A stretch of DNA of 64,000 nt from the human T2T-CHM13v2.0 reference genome, Homo sapiens: the NCBI RefSeq assembly GCF_009914755.1, contig NC_060929.1. The stretch is one strand, 5' to 3'. The translations under genes were made by a program, and so were the position numbers. How positions within the stretch are numbered: position 1 is the first letter of the stretch; every line of letters starts with the position of its first letter. Under the pieces are notes generated by a model. The model was not told the DNA's origin and searched no databases. It was given only the letters and a program-made list of their open reading frames with translations. Below, piece after piece: positions 17,238 through 32,170 of the stretch.

Positions 17238-18689
17238 TTAATATTACACTGATAAGGCAAGAATGAAATATATCATTTCTGGGTCACCTCTAAAAGAATT
17301 GTAAAAGACTATGTAACTCCTTAATAGAGAGCAAAAAAATAAGAACAAAAAATTATCAATAAATTGAAAAGGAGGCAAAAAAAGAGAAAAAAGAGGAGAA
17401 AAAAATGTTAGGACAAAACACACAGCATTATTTTATGTTTAAACTCAAATATTAAATGTAAAAAAACTAGGTGTTCAAAATAAATAGAAAAATTATCAGG
17501 CTTGTTTATGTAATTTTTATAAAAGTCTCATCTAAAATATTCCAAAATAAGGATTCCAAATAGTTAAAAGGTAAAACAACAAAAAAGGAAAATTGTATAC
17601 CTTGTAGATATGATCCAAAAGACATTGCTTAGCTATATTAACATTAGTCTCAGTAAGTCTTAAGATTAGCAGAATTACTAGAGATAAAGAGGAACACTTT
17701 ATAATGATAATTGGATGAATTCACCAGAAAGATACAACAATTCTAAATGCGAGTGCACTGAAAACTTAGCTTGAAGATGTATAAAGAATAGTTGAAACTA
17801 TGAGGAGAAAAGGAAAAAAAAAGTCTAATCACAGTGGGATATTTTTACACACTTCTTCTCTCACACATAGATAAAACTAAAATTAATAAGAATATTAAAA
17901 ATTTGAATAACATGAGTAGACTGGATCTAACGGGCATAGCTAGTACATCACTCCCTATAAAACTACAAAATGCATCTTAACTGCGGGCATAACATTTGCA
18001 AATGGAGCATTTGCCAGGTCATCAAGCAAGTTTTAAGGAACGATTGAAATTATTCACAGTGTGTTTTTTGACCGTGAAGAAATTAGCTATCAAATATTAC
18101 AAAAAGCTAGAAAACATTCATATAGGCTGACAATTAAGAAATACTCTTATAGATGATCTAGTCGATCAAGAAGAAATCAATAGAGGAATATCAATATTTT
18201 GAATTAAGTAATAATGAAAGTGCTGTATTAAAGTGTGGGCTGCTACAGAAAAACATTCTTAGATGCTAATCTGTGCCATTAGTGCATTTATTAAAAAGAA
18301 AGATGTGAAAATTAACTTTCCCAGAATTTAGAAAATAAACACAAATTGAATATAAAATAGAAAAATGAGAAACCAAATGAAATAGAAAATAAACATAGAC
18401 ATTAACAATGCCAAAAGCTGGACCTTTGAAAGAATTTTTAAAAGTAATAAACTTCTGTTGAGACTAATCAAGAAAAAGACAAAAGGCACAAATAACTAAT
18501 GTCAGGAACAGAGAAGGGGTCAATACCACATCTCTACAGATATTAGATATTTAAAGGTCTGATAACTTTATGCCAGTAAATATAAACACTTAGATTAGAT
18601 AAATCCACAAACTAATTACTAAAGAAAAATAGAAAATCTAAGCATACCTATAATTATTAAAGAAATTCAATAATAAATTAAAACTTTCC

Positions 18690-19131
<442 letters not shown>

Positions 19132-19812
19132 CTAATAACATGACTTGTATTTAATATTATAATAAATGTTGTAGCCAATATAATAAAGCAAGAAAAAAAG
19201 AAATAATGCAACAATTGAGAACAAAGAAATAAAACTTAATTCACAGACAACATGATTGACTATATGAAAAGTTAAAAAATCTGCATAAAATTGTTGTAAT
19301 GAATAAGGTCAATATATAAAATCAACTGTATTGCTTTAAATGAGCAATTGGACAATTTCATGAAAGCACGCCATTTATGAGAGCATAGGAAAAACCTCTT
19401 AAAAGAACAAACCTCATAAAAGCTGTGCATAACTCTACCAATGAAACGTAAAATATTATTGAGAGAAGATAAAGACGACCTAAATAAATTGAGCTAAAAT
19501 TGTTAGAATTTATTTCTCTTGGTATAACTTGTAAGTTGATGGCAAATGCATTTGGAAATGCCAAGGGTCAAGAATAGCCAGTTAAATCTAAAGCAATAAA
19601 ACAGAATTGAAGGACTTATTGTACTCACTCTCAAGATTTTATTATTAGGTTATAACAATTACGACAGAAAGATATTGTGTAAACATAGACAAACTAAGCA
19701 ATGAAACAAAATAAAAATTCCATAAACAGACCCACCTATGTATTGATTTATGACATAATTTGCACTGCAGAATGAGGGAAGCACAGTTCTCTTAAGAAAT
19801 GTTGCTACATCG

Positions 19813-20187
<375 letters not shown>

Positions 20188-20719
20188 TCACGTGAATTAT
20201 AGCTTAAATTATGAAAGATAAATAATGTTTATAGAACATAAAATTTGTCATGGGGAAGATTTTGTGAAGAGATATGATAGGTATAAAATAAGGAAAAACA
20301 TAGGTATTTAGGCGGCATTTACATTAAGAACACTGGTATATGAAAGCACAGGATTAGCAGCTTATATCCAAAACATACAAAGAGCTCCTGTAAGTTAATT
20401 AGGAAAAGAGCTATAATAGAGTAGAAAAGAAAGTGGACAAATATTTGAAGTCACTTCACAAAAGAAGATAACCAAATGCCTAATATATACTTATAAAATA
20501 TGCTCAGCCTCATTTGTTATCAGAATTTTGCAAATTAAAACCATAAGTGATACCACTACACATCCGGCAGAATGTTTAAAAATAAAAATACTGAGGATAC
20601 CAAATGCTAGCAAGGATGTGGAGCAACTGGAACTCTCATAGGCTGTTAGTAGGTGTGCACACTCTCCTGGGGGAACTAAAGTTGGAAATACACATACCCA
20701 GAAATTTTACTGTTAGGTA

Positions 20720-20788
20720 TCAGCTTGAACCATATAAAATTGCCAATATTTGCCATTACAAATGACAAGTTTATACGGTCCGCACTAA
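20720..20788. mobile_element. MADE2-like mariner MITE, degenerate
   Basis: ttgaaccatataaaattgcc...agtttatacggt imperfect terminal inverted repeats, about 70 bp. Confidence 0.6.
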
Positions 20789-21459
20789 CATATCCAGTTG
20801 AAACGCATACAGATACATCGAAAGTGTATAAAATATTCATTGCAATATTATTTGTAATGGCTCCAAACCAGAGGCATCATAAATGATAATCAGCTGTAGA
20901 GTGAATAAATAAATTGTGGTAAATTCACCCAATGCGATACAGTATAGAAATGGAAAGAAGTGAACTACAGCTATGCACAATGAAATGAATATAAAGGAGG
21001 GTGCTTTATTATTTCATTAGTAAAAAAATGAAAACAGGCAAAAATCATAGTGTTTAGATAAGTCTAGGTGTGTAAACAATAGGGAAAAGCAAGGAAATGA
21101 TGATCAAAACAATTACTTTGGAAAGGGAGGGAAGAAGTATAATGGAAAGAGAGCACAAGGAGGCTTCCAAGGTGCTGGCAACGTTCCATTGCTTCACCAG
21201 GAAGGTGGTTATGTGGATGTCCATTTTGTAATACATCACTGATCTGTACATTTTTATTTTGATCTCTACATTTGAAAATTTTACAGTAATAAGAGGTTCA
21301 ATAAGATAATAGTGTAACAGTTAATATGCGTGACAAATTATAAACAGAATATTATTCCCCAAAATTACTCATTATCAAAAAGGGAGTCGACATATTTGAT
21401 TTGTTACATGGGGAGCTCCCTCGCTTATGTTATTTTTGAGCAGTAGGATGACCTATTCA

Positions 21460-21830
21460 ACAACAATTTTACCTATTCAGCAAATATTTAGTGCCTTGTA
21501 AGTACAAACACTTTTCCAGATACTGTTTCAGCCATGAGGACAATACAGAAATCTCTGCTTTCATAGATCTTATACTGTAGTGGGAGAGAGAAATAATAAA
21601 GCAAAGTAGATAAGAAAACTATATAAATGTTAGAAAATTGTAAGTGTTAAGGAGGAAAATAAAGCAGAAGCGAGAGTTTTTTTTAATGAATTCTCAAGTG
21701 GGGTTACAATTTTAGATATGAGGACCTCTGTGAAATGAAATGACAATTCAGCAAATGAGGGATCTAGCCACATTGTTATCTGAGGAAAGAGCATCCCAGC
21801 CCGAGAAACAGCGAGTGCAAAAAGTAATAG
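21460..21830. mobile_element. L2 fragment
   Basis: ttcagcaaatattta...ctctgctttcatagatcttatactgtagtggg...aagagcatcccag motifs. Confidence 0.6.
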
Positions 21831-22369
21831 AAAGCACGCTGTCCAGAAATTATCTCAATCAAAGAAACTTCTGGATTCTAACAGAAATCAACCAATGAAA
21901 CTGGGAAAATAAAGGAGACAAACTAATGCAAAATTAGTAATGATTCTTGTAGTCTGACCTCACACTTGTAAGCACTAGGTATCATTGTAAACAAGCCTTG
22001 ACAAAATTTTATTTCAACAGCATTAGACTATGTGGCTACATCTTGGAGACTATCTATATGAACTTTTCCAGATGAATGAGAAAACAAGCAAATGAGCAAT
22101 GTGTTCAAATGTTATATAAAAGAGCTCTTGTGGATCAAGATAAAATTTTAAGGGAGATCGTCACAGATGGATATTAAAAGTTCTGTGTTGCCAAAAAATT
22201 AGAATAAAAGTGAAAATTACGTGCTCTCAAACATTGTTATCAGTCAGAAAGTGACTTTACTGCTGATGAAGATTGATGTTGAAGATGCCTGTGAAGAGTT
22301 TGAATGAAGTTATTTCAGGAAATGTGAAAGTATTAAAACATGCATAAATTAATACTTAAAAATATCTAA

Positions 22370-22840
22370 TCTTAGGTATATGTCCAAACAAAAACTGTAC
22401 ATGAATGTCTATAGCTGCATTATACATAGTAGCCAAAAGGTGAAACCCAAATATCCATCAACAAAAGGATAATTAAAATATGGTAGATCCATTCCATAGA
22501 ATATTATTTGGTTATACAAGGAATGGGGATACTGATACATGTTACAAAATGGGTGAAATTGAAAACATCATGCTGAGTGAAAGAAAGCAGGCACAAAAGA
22601 CCACATTATATAATTCCACTCATATGAAATACCTAGAAAAGGGGAATCTATAGAGACAGAACATTGATTATTGGTTGCCTGGTACTGGGGGAGGTGATGG
22701 AGGAACAAGAAGGTAATAGCTGAAGGGTATACGTTTCTTTTTGAAACTCTGTGAATATACTACAAACCATTGAACTGTATACTTCAAATAGTTGAATAGT
22801 ATGGTACTTGAATTGTATCCAAATAAGTGTTTAAAAATAG
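22370..22840 (+). mobile_element. L1MB 3' end
   Basis: ttgaaaacatcatgctgagtgaaagaaagcaggcacaaaagacca...ctatagagacagaa...tggttgcct. Confidence 0.8.
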
Positions 22841-25061
22841 ATAATCTTGAATAGGTATGTGTAAGTAAATGAAAAAAAATTAAATAGAAGTAGACATTTG
22901 ATGATTTCAGCTATAGGTCTACCCCTGTACATGTCTACACTCATCACAAACATTTCTTCCTGGATCTTCTCTTTGGATAAATGGGGGCCCACTCCAAAGA
23001 CTTCCGAAAATGTTCATTCGCTTGGTTAGATATAGCAATAAAATAGTGGGCCATGTGAATGTTGAAGAATTTTAGTTCATTCTGCTTTCTACCTTGATCT
23101 TCCTCCCCAGTTTTGAGCTGGATCCCTAAGTATTTGTCTCTGGGTCCCTACTTTTCCCTGGGACAACTTTAAATGTTAGAAGATGGAGACAGGGACAGAT
23201 TAAGGCCTAAGTGGTTCTAATCAGGGAATGACTATGTTGCCAACAGCTATATATAATTCAAAATAAGAGCAAACCAAACCTAAACACAAATCTTACAAGT
23301 AGGTGGAAATTCAATTAGCTTTTTTGATTGTAAAACTGTAGATCAGCTAGCTCATCAGAACTACCTCATCTCTCCTTTTTCTCTCTCTTTTTGCTCGGAT
23401 GGCATACTCTGTCATGATACTATTGCCCTAAGTAATATTTCACCAGCCTGTGGGGCAACCTAGCATGGAAAATGGGAAAAGGCAGATGCTGAGCACCAGG
23501 ATTTATCTTACTTTGGCGCTGGGTAGAGAAATCAGTATGTATATAAATGCAAAAATATAACTATGTTGTGATTTTAGCATTTACAGAGAAGATGTTTTTT
23601 TCTTTTAGAAATTAATTTGCTTCTGCTATAAATCCTCAATTTAATTCTCTTTGTCTCTGACAGTGTAAAAGATATCTTAAGTAGTCACAGAGGAGTAGGC
23701 CAAAGAGTTTGACTCGATATGGGCCAAAAGTGGCAGAAATTTATTAATTGGATCAACCTGGTTTTCTGTAGATTTCTATAAAAATGAAGGAGACTAACAG
23801 GAAAACACAATCAACATGTACATGCAACCGTAAACCATGTCTGCCTGTGTTCCCATAATGATTGAATCATTAGTGGTGCCGTATTGTATCGGTATTTTCC
23901 ACACTGCCTTAGGCGTAACAGTCAAAATGTGACTACCACATCCATTGACAGTTTGACAGTTTCTACCTGAATCAAAATCTCAAGAAAAGCATGCCAGCTT
24001 AGAAAGTAACTGCCATCACAAAATTAAATTGGAAATAATTTACAAATACATCAGCAGTTACTTTTTAAGCAATCACTTTACAATTAGCATTTTACTAGGC
24101 CTTTTTAAAAAGGTTTTTATTTGCTTATTTATTGTTCTTCCACAGTGTTTTAAGAGACCTTTCCCCACACAATTAAAATTAAATAGCAGTTTTAGTACTG
24201 TGAAAATGGTAGAATTTCAAACATTCATTAAAAATGGGGAAATGCTACAATATATTGTATTTTACATACCAAAAAAGACAATTAGAAAATTAAAATATAT
24301 GGAGGGATTTTATCTGCTTCATTCATATGTTTAATATCATGGCAATAATTCAGTCTTGATTTTATAATTCTGGAAACTTTTCAGTATTCTTTCTCCGGTA
24401 GCTAACCTGTATTTACTCAGAATATCAATCAGTTGCATTTTTTGTAGTGCATAAAACACTCTCTAATTAAGCTTTATTTAATTTGTTTTAACTCAGAGTG
24501 TAAAGGAGATGGCACAATGTGAATTACTAATTATAGTAACCTCTCCTCAAAACTACAAATGGGTATGAAGTGATATCTGTGTGTGTGTTTTTATACTATC
24601 ACATCACTCACAGAAGCGGTTCCTCACAAAGATGATAACAATAGTAATGATACTTAGCATTTATATAGCATTTTCTATCTTCACAACGCTTTATAAACCC
24701 TAACTAAATAATGGTACTTGCAAGAATGAGGTTAAGGCACCAATGAATCAGCATGTAACGTTAGTCCTCTGAAACATCACCTTTCGCTGTCAGTTCCCGT
24801 GGGATAGACTGCCCCTCATGATGGATTGAAACCAGATACAATTGATTGGCTGGTCTCAGCCTGCACTCCAAAGGAACCTCCATAGCCTTTGGATGTTTAC
24901 ACTGATTAACTCAAGCACAGGCATCTTTATTTGTGGTCTCAGACCAGCCCTCCACTGACAGAGCCAAGTGAAGACTTTTAAGTAATTATTTGGACAATTC
25001 AGTCTCAAATCTCCTCTCATTCTGAGGCACACTAAGATAGTTGCCTGACTACTCTCTACCT

Positions 25062-25289
25062 GGATTTTTCAAAACTCAACTATATTGACATTTGGGGCTG
25101 GAAAATTCTTTGCAGCAGAGAGATATCCTGCCTATGGTAGGATGTTTAGCAGCGCCCTTGGCTTCTACCCACTGGGTGCCAGTAGCACCCATCCCCCCCT
25201 CACCCCTCAGGTGTGAAAACCAAAAATGCCTTCAGATATTGCCAAACATTCTCTGTGGAGCAAAACGTCTCCCAGTTGAGAACCACTGC
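25062..25289. mobile_element. MER20 (hAT-Charlie)
   Basis: attgacatttggggctgga...aggatgtttagcagc...aaaatgccttcagatattgccaaa...cagttgagaaccactg. Confidence 0.88.
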
Positions 25290-27794
25290 TCTATGCTTTG
25301 TGATGGCTAGACATCCTTATTCTGTGTCTTAACAATGCATATTTATTTGTCTCCAGCAGTGCCTCCTTTGGCAGTGAATTTCAGGTGTGTTATTCCAGTT
25401 TGACTTCGCGAACTGGAAAACCTCAAGGACTTGGTTTAGGAAACTTTCAAGTCAGTTTGGATAACATTGCCTCACTGCCTTCCCCAGTACCCAGAGTAAG
25501 GAATTCTTCCACACTGTGCACAAAACAGCAGTATCAACATACCCTGAAAATCAGTTTAGCATTACAGTTTATGAAAAACTTATTTCACAGGGTTTTGAGA
25601 TAAGTTGACAGTGGCTAGTTTGAAAGCTCAGCCTTACACATTTTGCTTCTCAGCTGGGCTTAGAAAATTGTTGCAACTGTAGTTGTAAGGAAAATACTAC
25701 CTCAAGGCCCGATCATAAAAGCTTGTATCAGACAGATGTCTGCAGTTATTTTTGGTTCTGTATTCAGTAAGTTTTATATGGACCTAATTCCCAGAAAAAC
25801 TCCCCAGTCTGTTTACATGGACAGGATAAACTGGCTGTGTTTTCTTTGCATTCCTAGCGTGAGCTGGTAATTATCCATCTACTGCTGGGATATTTCATGT
25901 AAATGGTGGACATTTTAGACACCATGTGCATCCTTAATCTCCCTAGGATTCTTTAGGAACAAAATTATTTGATATGAAAACCTTTGATATTACAAGTTGT
26001 GTTTAACATTTCAAGCCTCATTTGCATCAGTTCAGTTCACTGATCTGCTAAGCACACAGGACGACGAATCATGGAGAGAGGGAAACCTATAGATGCACTC
26101 AGTAGCCTGAAGGTATATTACACAAAATAGTACAAGTGAACTGCTGAAGAAGTATCTAAAATTTATTAGCATAGGGTACAGTTAGTGAGGCAGTTGAAGA
26201 CTATCTCAGAATACTTTTCCAAATAAATAAATAATTGAAAAGATGCGTTGATGGTGAAGATGAGTAAGAATTTCTTGATGTATAGATTATGCAGACTATG
26301 CATCTGGCACATTCCATTGTGAGCTGATTATCCAAGCATGAATGTAGTAAATCCTTTATTGATCTAAATACTACAGCATCAAATCTTGGTCTTTTTTTTT
26401 TTATTTTCTGCAAATCGCTAAAGGCTTTGACAATTTCCACGTGGGCTAGAACTAGGCAAGCAGTCAAACAATTCCTGTACATCAAGGAGGTACTTACTAA
26501 TGGCTGTAGCTGAAACACCTGCTAACCTGCTATTGTAAGCATTTATCCGGTATTTGCCTGCGGCAGAAATAAATGAATAAATAAACTTTCACCAGTCATA
26601 CTACATGAGTTAATGCATTATAGCATTATGTAAAGTAGCAAAGCGCATTCTTCTGGGGCTTTTTAAAAATCATTATTTGTGGCAGGTTAGAACATATCTG
26701 CTAGCTTCTCTGCTCCATTTTCCTCACTTAAGTTTCTGTCAGAGCCCTCACAACTACAGGGCTAGTTGGCCTTTGCTCTCTCAAGAATACCTTTGAGAAA
26801 ACCGCCTTCCTAATCCTCAAAGAGTTTTAAAATGGCATTACAAAGGGGATGGATATATTAAACACCTCAGCTGTCAATGAGCAGAATCAATAACTGTGGG
26901 TACATAGCTTACATTATGTCTACTTACACAAGGCTTGCAATATTTGGAAATGAGAGCTTTTCTTTTGACAACTTGGCGCCAGCTGTTTCAAGAAATAACA
27001 CAGCTGTATATCCCTAACACACCTGCCTCTCCTTCCATAATGTTAGAAGAAAACAAAAGTGTAAAACAATGACCAGAAAGGTCAGACCACTGCCAGAAGC
27101 CTGATTTGCAACAGTATTTTCATTTGAATGTTTAAAAAGTAATGAGGCTACATTACCAATTAAAGTTAAAAAACAAGACTCTAGAGTTGGTTTCTCCAAA
27201 ACTTTAAAGCTTGAAGGGAACAATGCTTCGGTAAGTAGAGTATATAAAATATATCACTGGGACAGCAATATCATTAAGTAAAATTCTTATAATAAATAAC
27301 ATCACTCAACATAATATAAAAAAATGCATTGTGTTTCAAAATATCATGTCCATAGACTTGTCTTGAAATATACTTTGAAGGCTAAATTTATTTTTATGCT
27401 TTCTATAAAATTTGCTGCAATTTTTAAAAACCCCTTTTCCTTTCTAATTAATAAATCCTGTCAGGAAGATTGTGTGTGTCAGAACCTCACATGAGAGTAT
27501 ATACTGTCAGCCATGCATGTTACCTAAAATAAAGAGAGAGTTTAACCCATATCATTTTTAGCATCTTACTTAAACATCTGCATCTTACTGTCTATTGGAG
27601 ATATGTTCCTAGTTTAACTTCTTCAGCTGTTGTTGCCTAATTTTCTTATTTGGCAACAAGAGTACAATGGTAGAAGTTAAAAATGAACAACATCCTTGGC
27701 GTTATACAAATTTGCACAAAATCAGCTATCTGTTATATTTCTTTGAAAGGCAATTGACTAAATCATTTATGTTCAATATATTAAATTTTGGATA

Positions 27795-29365
27795 TATCTG
27801 TAAAAATTAAATTAAGGGAACAATTCCATTTTCAATAGCATCTAAAGGAATAAAATAATTAGGAATAATTGTATCAATTGGAGTATAAGATACGTACACT
27901 GAAAGCTACAAAATAATGTTGACAGAGATTAACAAAGAACTAAGTTAATGGAAAGAAACCCAATGGTTATGGATCAAAAGAATGAATATAGTTAAGAATG
28001 CAATATTCCTCAAATTGATCTACAGATTCAACACAATCCCTGTCAAAATCCCAGCTTGCTTTTTTTTTTTTTTCTCTTCAGAATGTCACAACTGGATCCA
28101 AAAATTCCTTTGGAAATGCAAGGGACCCAGAATAGCCAAAATAATTTTGTAAAAGAAGAACAAATTTGAAAAATTCACACTTCCTGATTTCAAAATTTAT
28201 ACTGCAAAGCTTGAAATACTCAAAACAATGTGGAACTGGCATGAGGATAGACACATAGATCAATAGAATAGAAGATTCAAGAAATAAACTCACATTCTCA
28301 TGGCCAAGTGATTTTCTGTACAGGTGGCAAGACAGTTTAACAGGGGAAAGAAAGGTATTTTTTGACTAATGGTGCTAGGACAACTGGATGTCCACATGCA
28401 AAAGAATGAAGTTGGACCAGTACCTCATACTATACACAAAATTTAACTCAAAGTTAATCGTAGGCTAAACGTCAGTGCTAAAACTATAAAAATCCTAAAA
28501 GAAAATATAGAGTAAATCTTTGTGAGACTGGGTTGTTAATGGTTTCTTAGATATAACAAATAACAACAAACGATTAAATTAGACCTCATCAAAACTTTTT
28601 TTTTTTAAATTGTGCTTCAAAGGACACCAGCAAGAAAGTAAAAAAGAAAAAACTCCACAAAATGAGAGAAATATTTGAAAATCATTCATCTGATGACTTA
28701 TATTCAGAATATGTAAAAAACTCTAGAAATTCAATAATAAAAAGAAAAATAATCCAATTAAAGAATGGATAAGAGATCAGGATAGACATTTCTCCAAAGA
28801 ATATGTACAACCAAGAAACACATTAAAAGATACCACATTACTAATTAGGGAAATGAAAATCAAAGCCACAATGAAGTCTCACCTCACACTCATGAGATGG
28901 ACATACTAAAAAAGATAGACAAGCACAAATGTTGATAAGGATGTGGAGAAATTAGAACCTTCGTACACTGGCGGTGGAAATCTGAAATAGTGCAATCACT
29001 TTAAAAAATAGCTTGCCTCAAAGAGTTAAACTTATAGTTACCCTATGACCCAGCCATTTCTCTCCTAGGTCTATATACAAGATAGATGACAACACATCTA
29101 CACAAAAACTTTCACAGAAATGTTCATAGCAACATTATTCACATTAGTCAAGAAGTGTAAACAACCCAGAAGGGCATCAACTGATGAATGGATCAACAAA
29201 ACATTGTATAACCAATCAATGGAATATTATTTAGCAATAAAAAGAAATGAAGAAGTACCAGTGGTGCTACAACATAGATGAATCTTGGAAACATTACGCT
29301 AAATGAAAAAATCAAAAGCCACTCACAAAAAACCAGGTATTGTAAGATTCCATTTGGAAATATAA
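27795..29365 (+). mobile_element. L1MB-like fragment (3' part of ORF2 and 3' UTR)
   Basis: aaattgatctacagattcaacacaatccctgtcaaaatccca, gacatttctccaaagaa, tatgacccagccattt. Confidence 0.85.
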
Positions 29366-29461
29366 TAATATATAATAATAAAGGAGAACTAGGCATGATG
29401 TCTCTTTGTTTTTGCTTTTGTTGATAACAAATCTTAGTGTTTTTCAATGCCAATAACATAA

Positions 29462-29528
29462 TATATATATATGTGTATATATATATACACATATATATAT
29501 ATGTGTATATATATATATATATATATAA
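29462..29528. repeat. Interrupted (TA)n microsatellite
   Basis: Direct sequence. Confidence 0.93.
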
Positions 29529-29699
29529 TAGTGCTACCAAAAGGAAAATCATTCTCATTTAGGTACAGAAATTTTTCCTGAAGTAATATTTATTTATTTA
29601 TTTCTGAAGAGGAGAGGGTTATGGTTTGGGTCAAAATACTAATGTTAATGCATGTTGTGTGTGAAAAACATAGTTTGTGTAAAGGTAAGTAAGCCGCTA

Positions 29700-30340
29700 A
29701 TTTCATTCATTTACTTAAACAAAACTATGTAGTGTTCACTCCTTATGTTGTGTTCAGTGCTACCTGAGGCCAAAGATCTTTAAAGGTGAACAAACTTCAG
29801 TTTTAAAAAAAAGGATGCTTAACAAATGAACAAATACAATTATAAAGTACTTGATGATGATGATAACTTCTATGAAGAAAATAAAGGAGAGTAATGGGAT
29901 AGTAATGGAGGGGAGGACTGGATGAGGGACAAGATCTGCAAAATCTAAGGAGGGTACTCCAGGAAAGTGTAAAAGGGAAAAGTCAGTTGATAAGGAGAAA
30001 TCAGTTTGAAGTTGTCAGGAGCAGGAAGAGCCCGCAGGGCCTTGTGGTGATCCACACAGCCTGGGAGGAGGTCAAACGATTAAGCAAGGCTGGACCATTT
30101 GAGAACTAGTAAGACCACCAAGGAGTCTGGATCTTATTCAAACTATAATAGGAAGTCATTGGAGGGCTGTAAGTGAGACAGTGCCATGATCAGATAGAAT
30201 TTTTAAGAGTATATTGACTGTGTAGGAAGAAAGTGGGGCCAAGGGGGCCTTGTAGCAGCTCTTCAGGCAAAGGTCAATGGTACTGTGGGCTAGGATGGCA
30301 GCCACAGAGTTAGTGAAAAGTTCTCAAATACAAGTGACTT
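29700..30340. mobile_element. L2 fragment
   Basis: cattcatttac...ctatgaagaaaataaag...ggaagtcattggagggctgtaag...catgatcagat. Confidence 0.65.
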
Positions 30341-31264
30341 AAGACATTTCTTTTTCTGCTTGATTTTATTCTTGTGAGATGTAAGACTATTGAACATTTT
30401 GTTTAGCGTTTAAAAGTGAATTTCTGACTGATTATCTGGCCTTGCCAAAATGAAAGGCACACAATGGCATCTGACTATTTTTCTGGGCAGCTCCAGCCAC
30501 CTCTACCTCAGTACTTCGGGTGTAATCAATAAACATAACAGAGGCTATTCATTCCACCAGGATGGATTCCAACAAAAGGCCTCTGTTCACACTGGTAATA
30601 GGCAGACTTCACCCGCTCCATCACATTATGTATTATGTCTCGCACTCTTCAGTCACCTACCTGCTTTACTGTTCAGTGGTAATGAAATGCTCTGTTGACA
30701 TAAGAATCATTATAAAGCTGAGCTGTTTACACTTGTGGTGGCCAAGACAATGTCCCTCCAATGGAAGGCAAAGCACTGCTCATTCCTAAAGGACAGATAT
30801 TCACACATTTTTGGGATTATGAAATTCAGCAAGTTCTTGGCTTGGGTTGGGTTGTAAAGGTGACCTACAGAAAATAATATGTTCAATGTAACCTTTTAAA
30901 TTTATGTTAATAGGCTTAATACATTTGAGTGGGCACATGCTACTGAGAATAACTTTAAAGCATTTGTGGAGACTTGGTCATTATTATCTTTTGTCAGATT
31001 TCTTCCATTGTGAGGAGAACCTCTATCTTTTCTCAGATTTGAATTCACTAGGCTAATGGCCATAGAGGTACCTACAAGCACTTGTAAAACAGTTAACATT
31101 CATTAACGTGAATTTTTCAGTAGAAGGCTGACTGCTCTGGGTTTATTTCAGAGCAATTAAATATGATTTATTCTCCATCATTTATTGACTTATTCATCCA
31201 GCAAATGATTATTGACTGCTTACTGCTATGTTGTACAATGTGAGACATACAAAGAAGGCTAATT

Positions 31265-31540
31265 AATAATAATAATGGCTAGCGTTTATTGAGTAGACAC
31301 TGTGAGCCAGTACTCACTTAGCGTTTCATATGCCTTATCTTATTCTTTAAAAATACCTGATGATGCAACTGCCATTATTATTTCCAACGTATAGAGATGA
31401 AAACTAACGCATAGAGAGCTTAAACTATAAGCCCAAGGACACCAAGATGGTGCATGGCAAGGCTGTATGTGCAGATCTGGGAATCGAACACAGGGACTCT
31501 GACCCAACAGCCCTTGAATAAGTGCTAAGGTATTCCACCT
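31265..31540. mobile_element. MIR
   Basis: aataataatggctagcgtttattgag...agatgaaaactaa...gcccaaggacac. Confidence 0.7.
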
Positions 31541-31699
31541 GCCAAGACATGGCAAACATCCTAGTCTCAAAATGCATGCAGGCTAGCAGGAAAAGCAAGG
31601 TATTTATGAAGACAAGAATAGTTTACAGTAAGTTCAAGTTCAACACAGGTAAAAACAAATAGCTATAAGTATTGAAAACAAATCACTTCCATCCAAAAG

Positions 31700-32170
31700 C
31701 ACTGGCTGTCAGACTTGGCTGCAGGTTGAAATCACCTGAGGAGTTAAAAAACATACAGATGCCTTGGGTCTCCACCCTAGAGTTTCTGACTTAACGGACC
31801 TGGCATGCGCTTGTGCAGCTGGATTTTTGAAAGTTCCCCAGGTAATTCTAATGTGCATCCAAGTTGAAAAACACTGAACTAGAGGTACTAGGGAAAATGT
31901 TAAAAAGGAGAGAGAGTCAGAGTTGATATTTCAAGAATAAGTCACTATTTCAAAAGTCAGAAATGTCAGGGGGTGAGAATGGAGATGGATGGGCAGGTTG
32001 AGATTTGGAATAGATCCCTTCCACTCCAGTTGTGATCCTGCGACCAGCAGCATTGACATCCCATGGAATTGGTTAGAAATGTGCAATCTCAGGCTGTCTG
32101 TCCCAGACCCCCTGAATCAAAATCTGCATTCTCAAGTGATTTGCATTTGCATTATAGCTTGAGAAGCGCT
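31700..32170. mobile_element. Two MER5 elements (about 31700-31876 and 32025-32170)
   Basis: gaaatcacctgaggag...aagttccccaggtaattctaatgtgca; accagcagcattgacatc...gttagaaatg...gaatcaaaatctgcatt. Confidence 0.7.
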
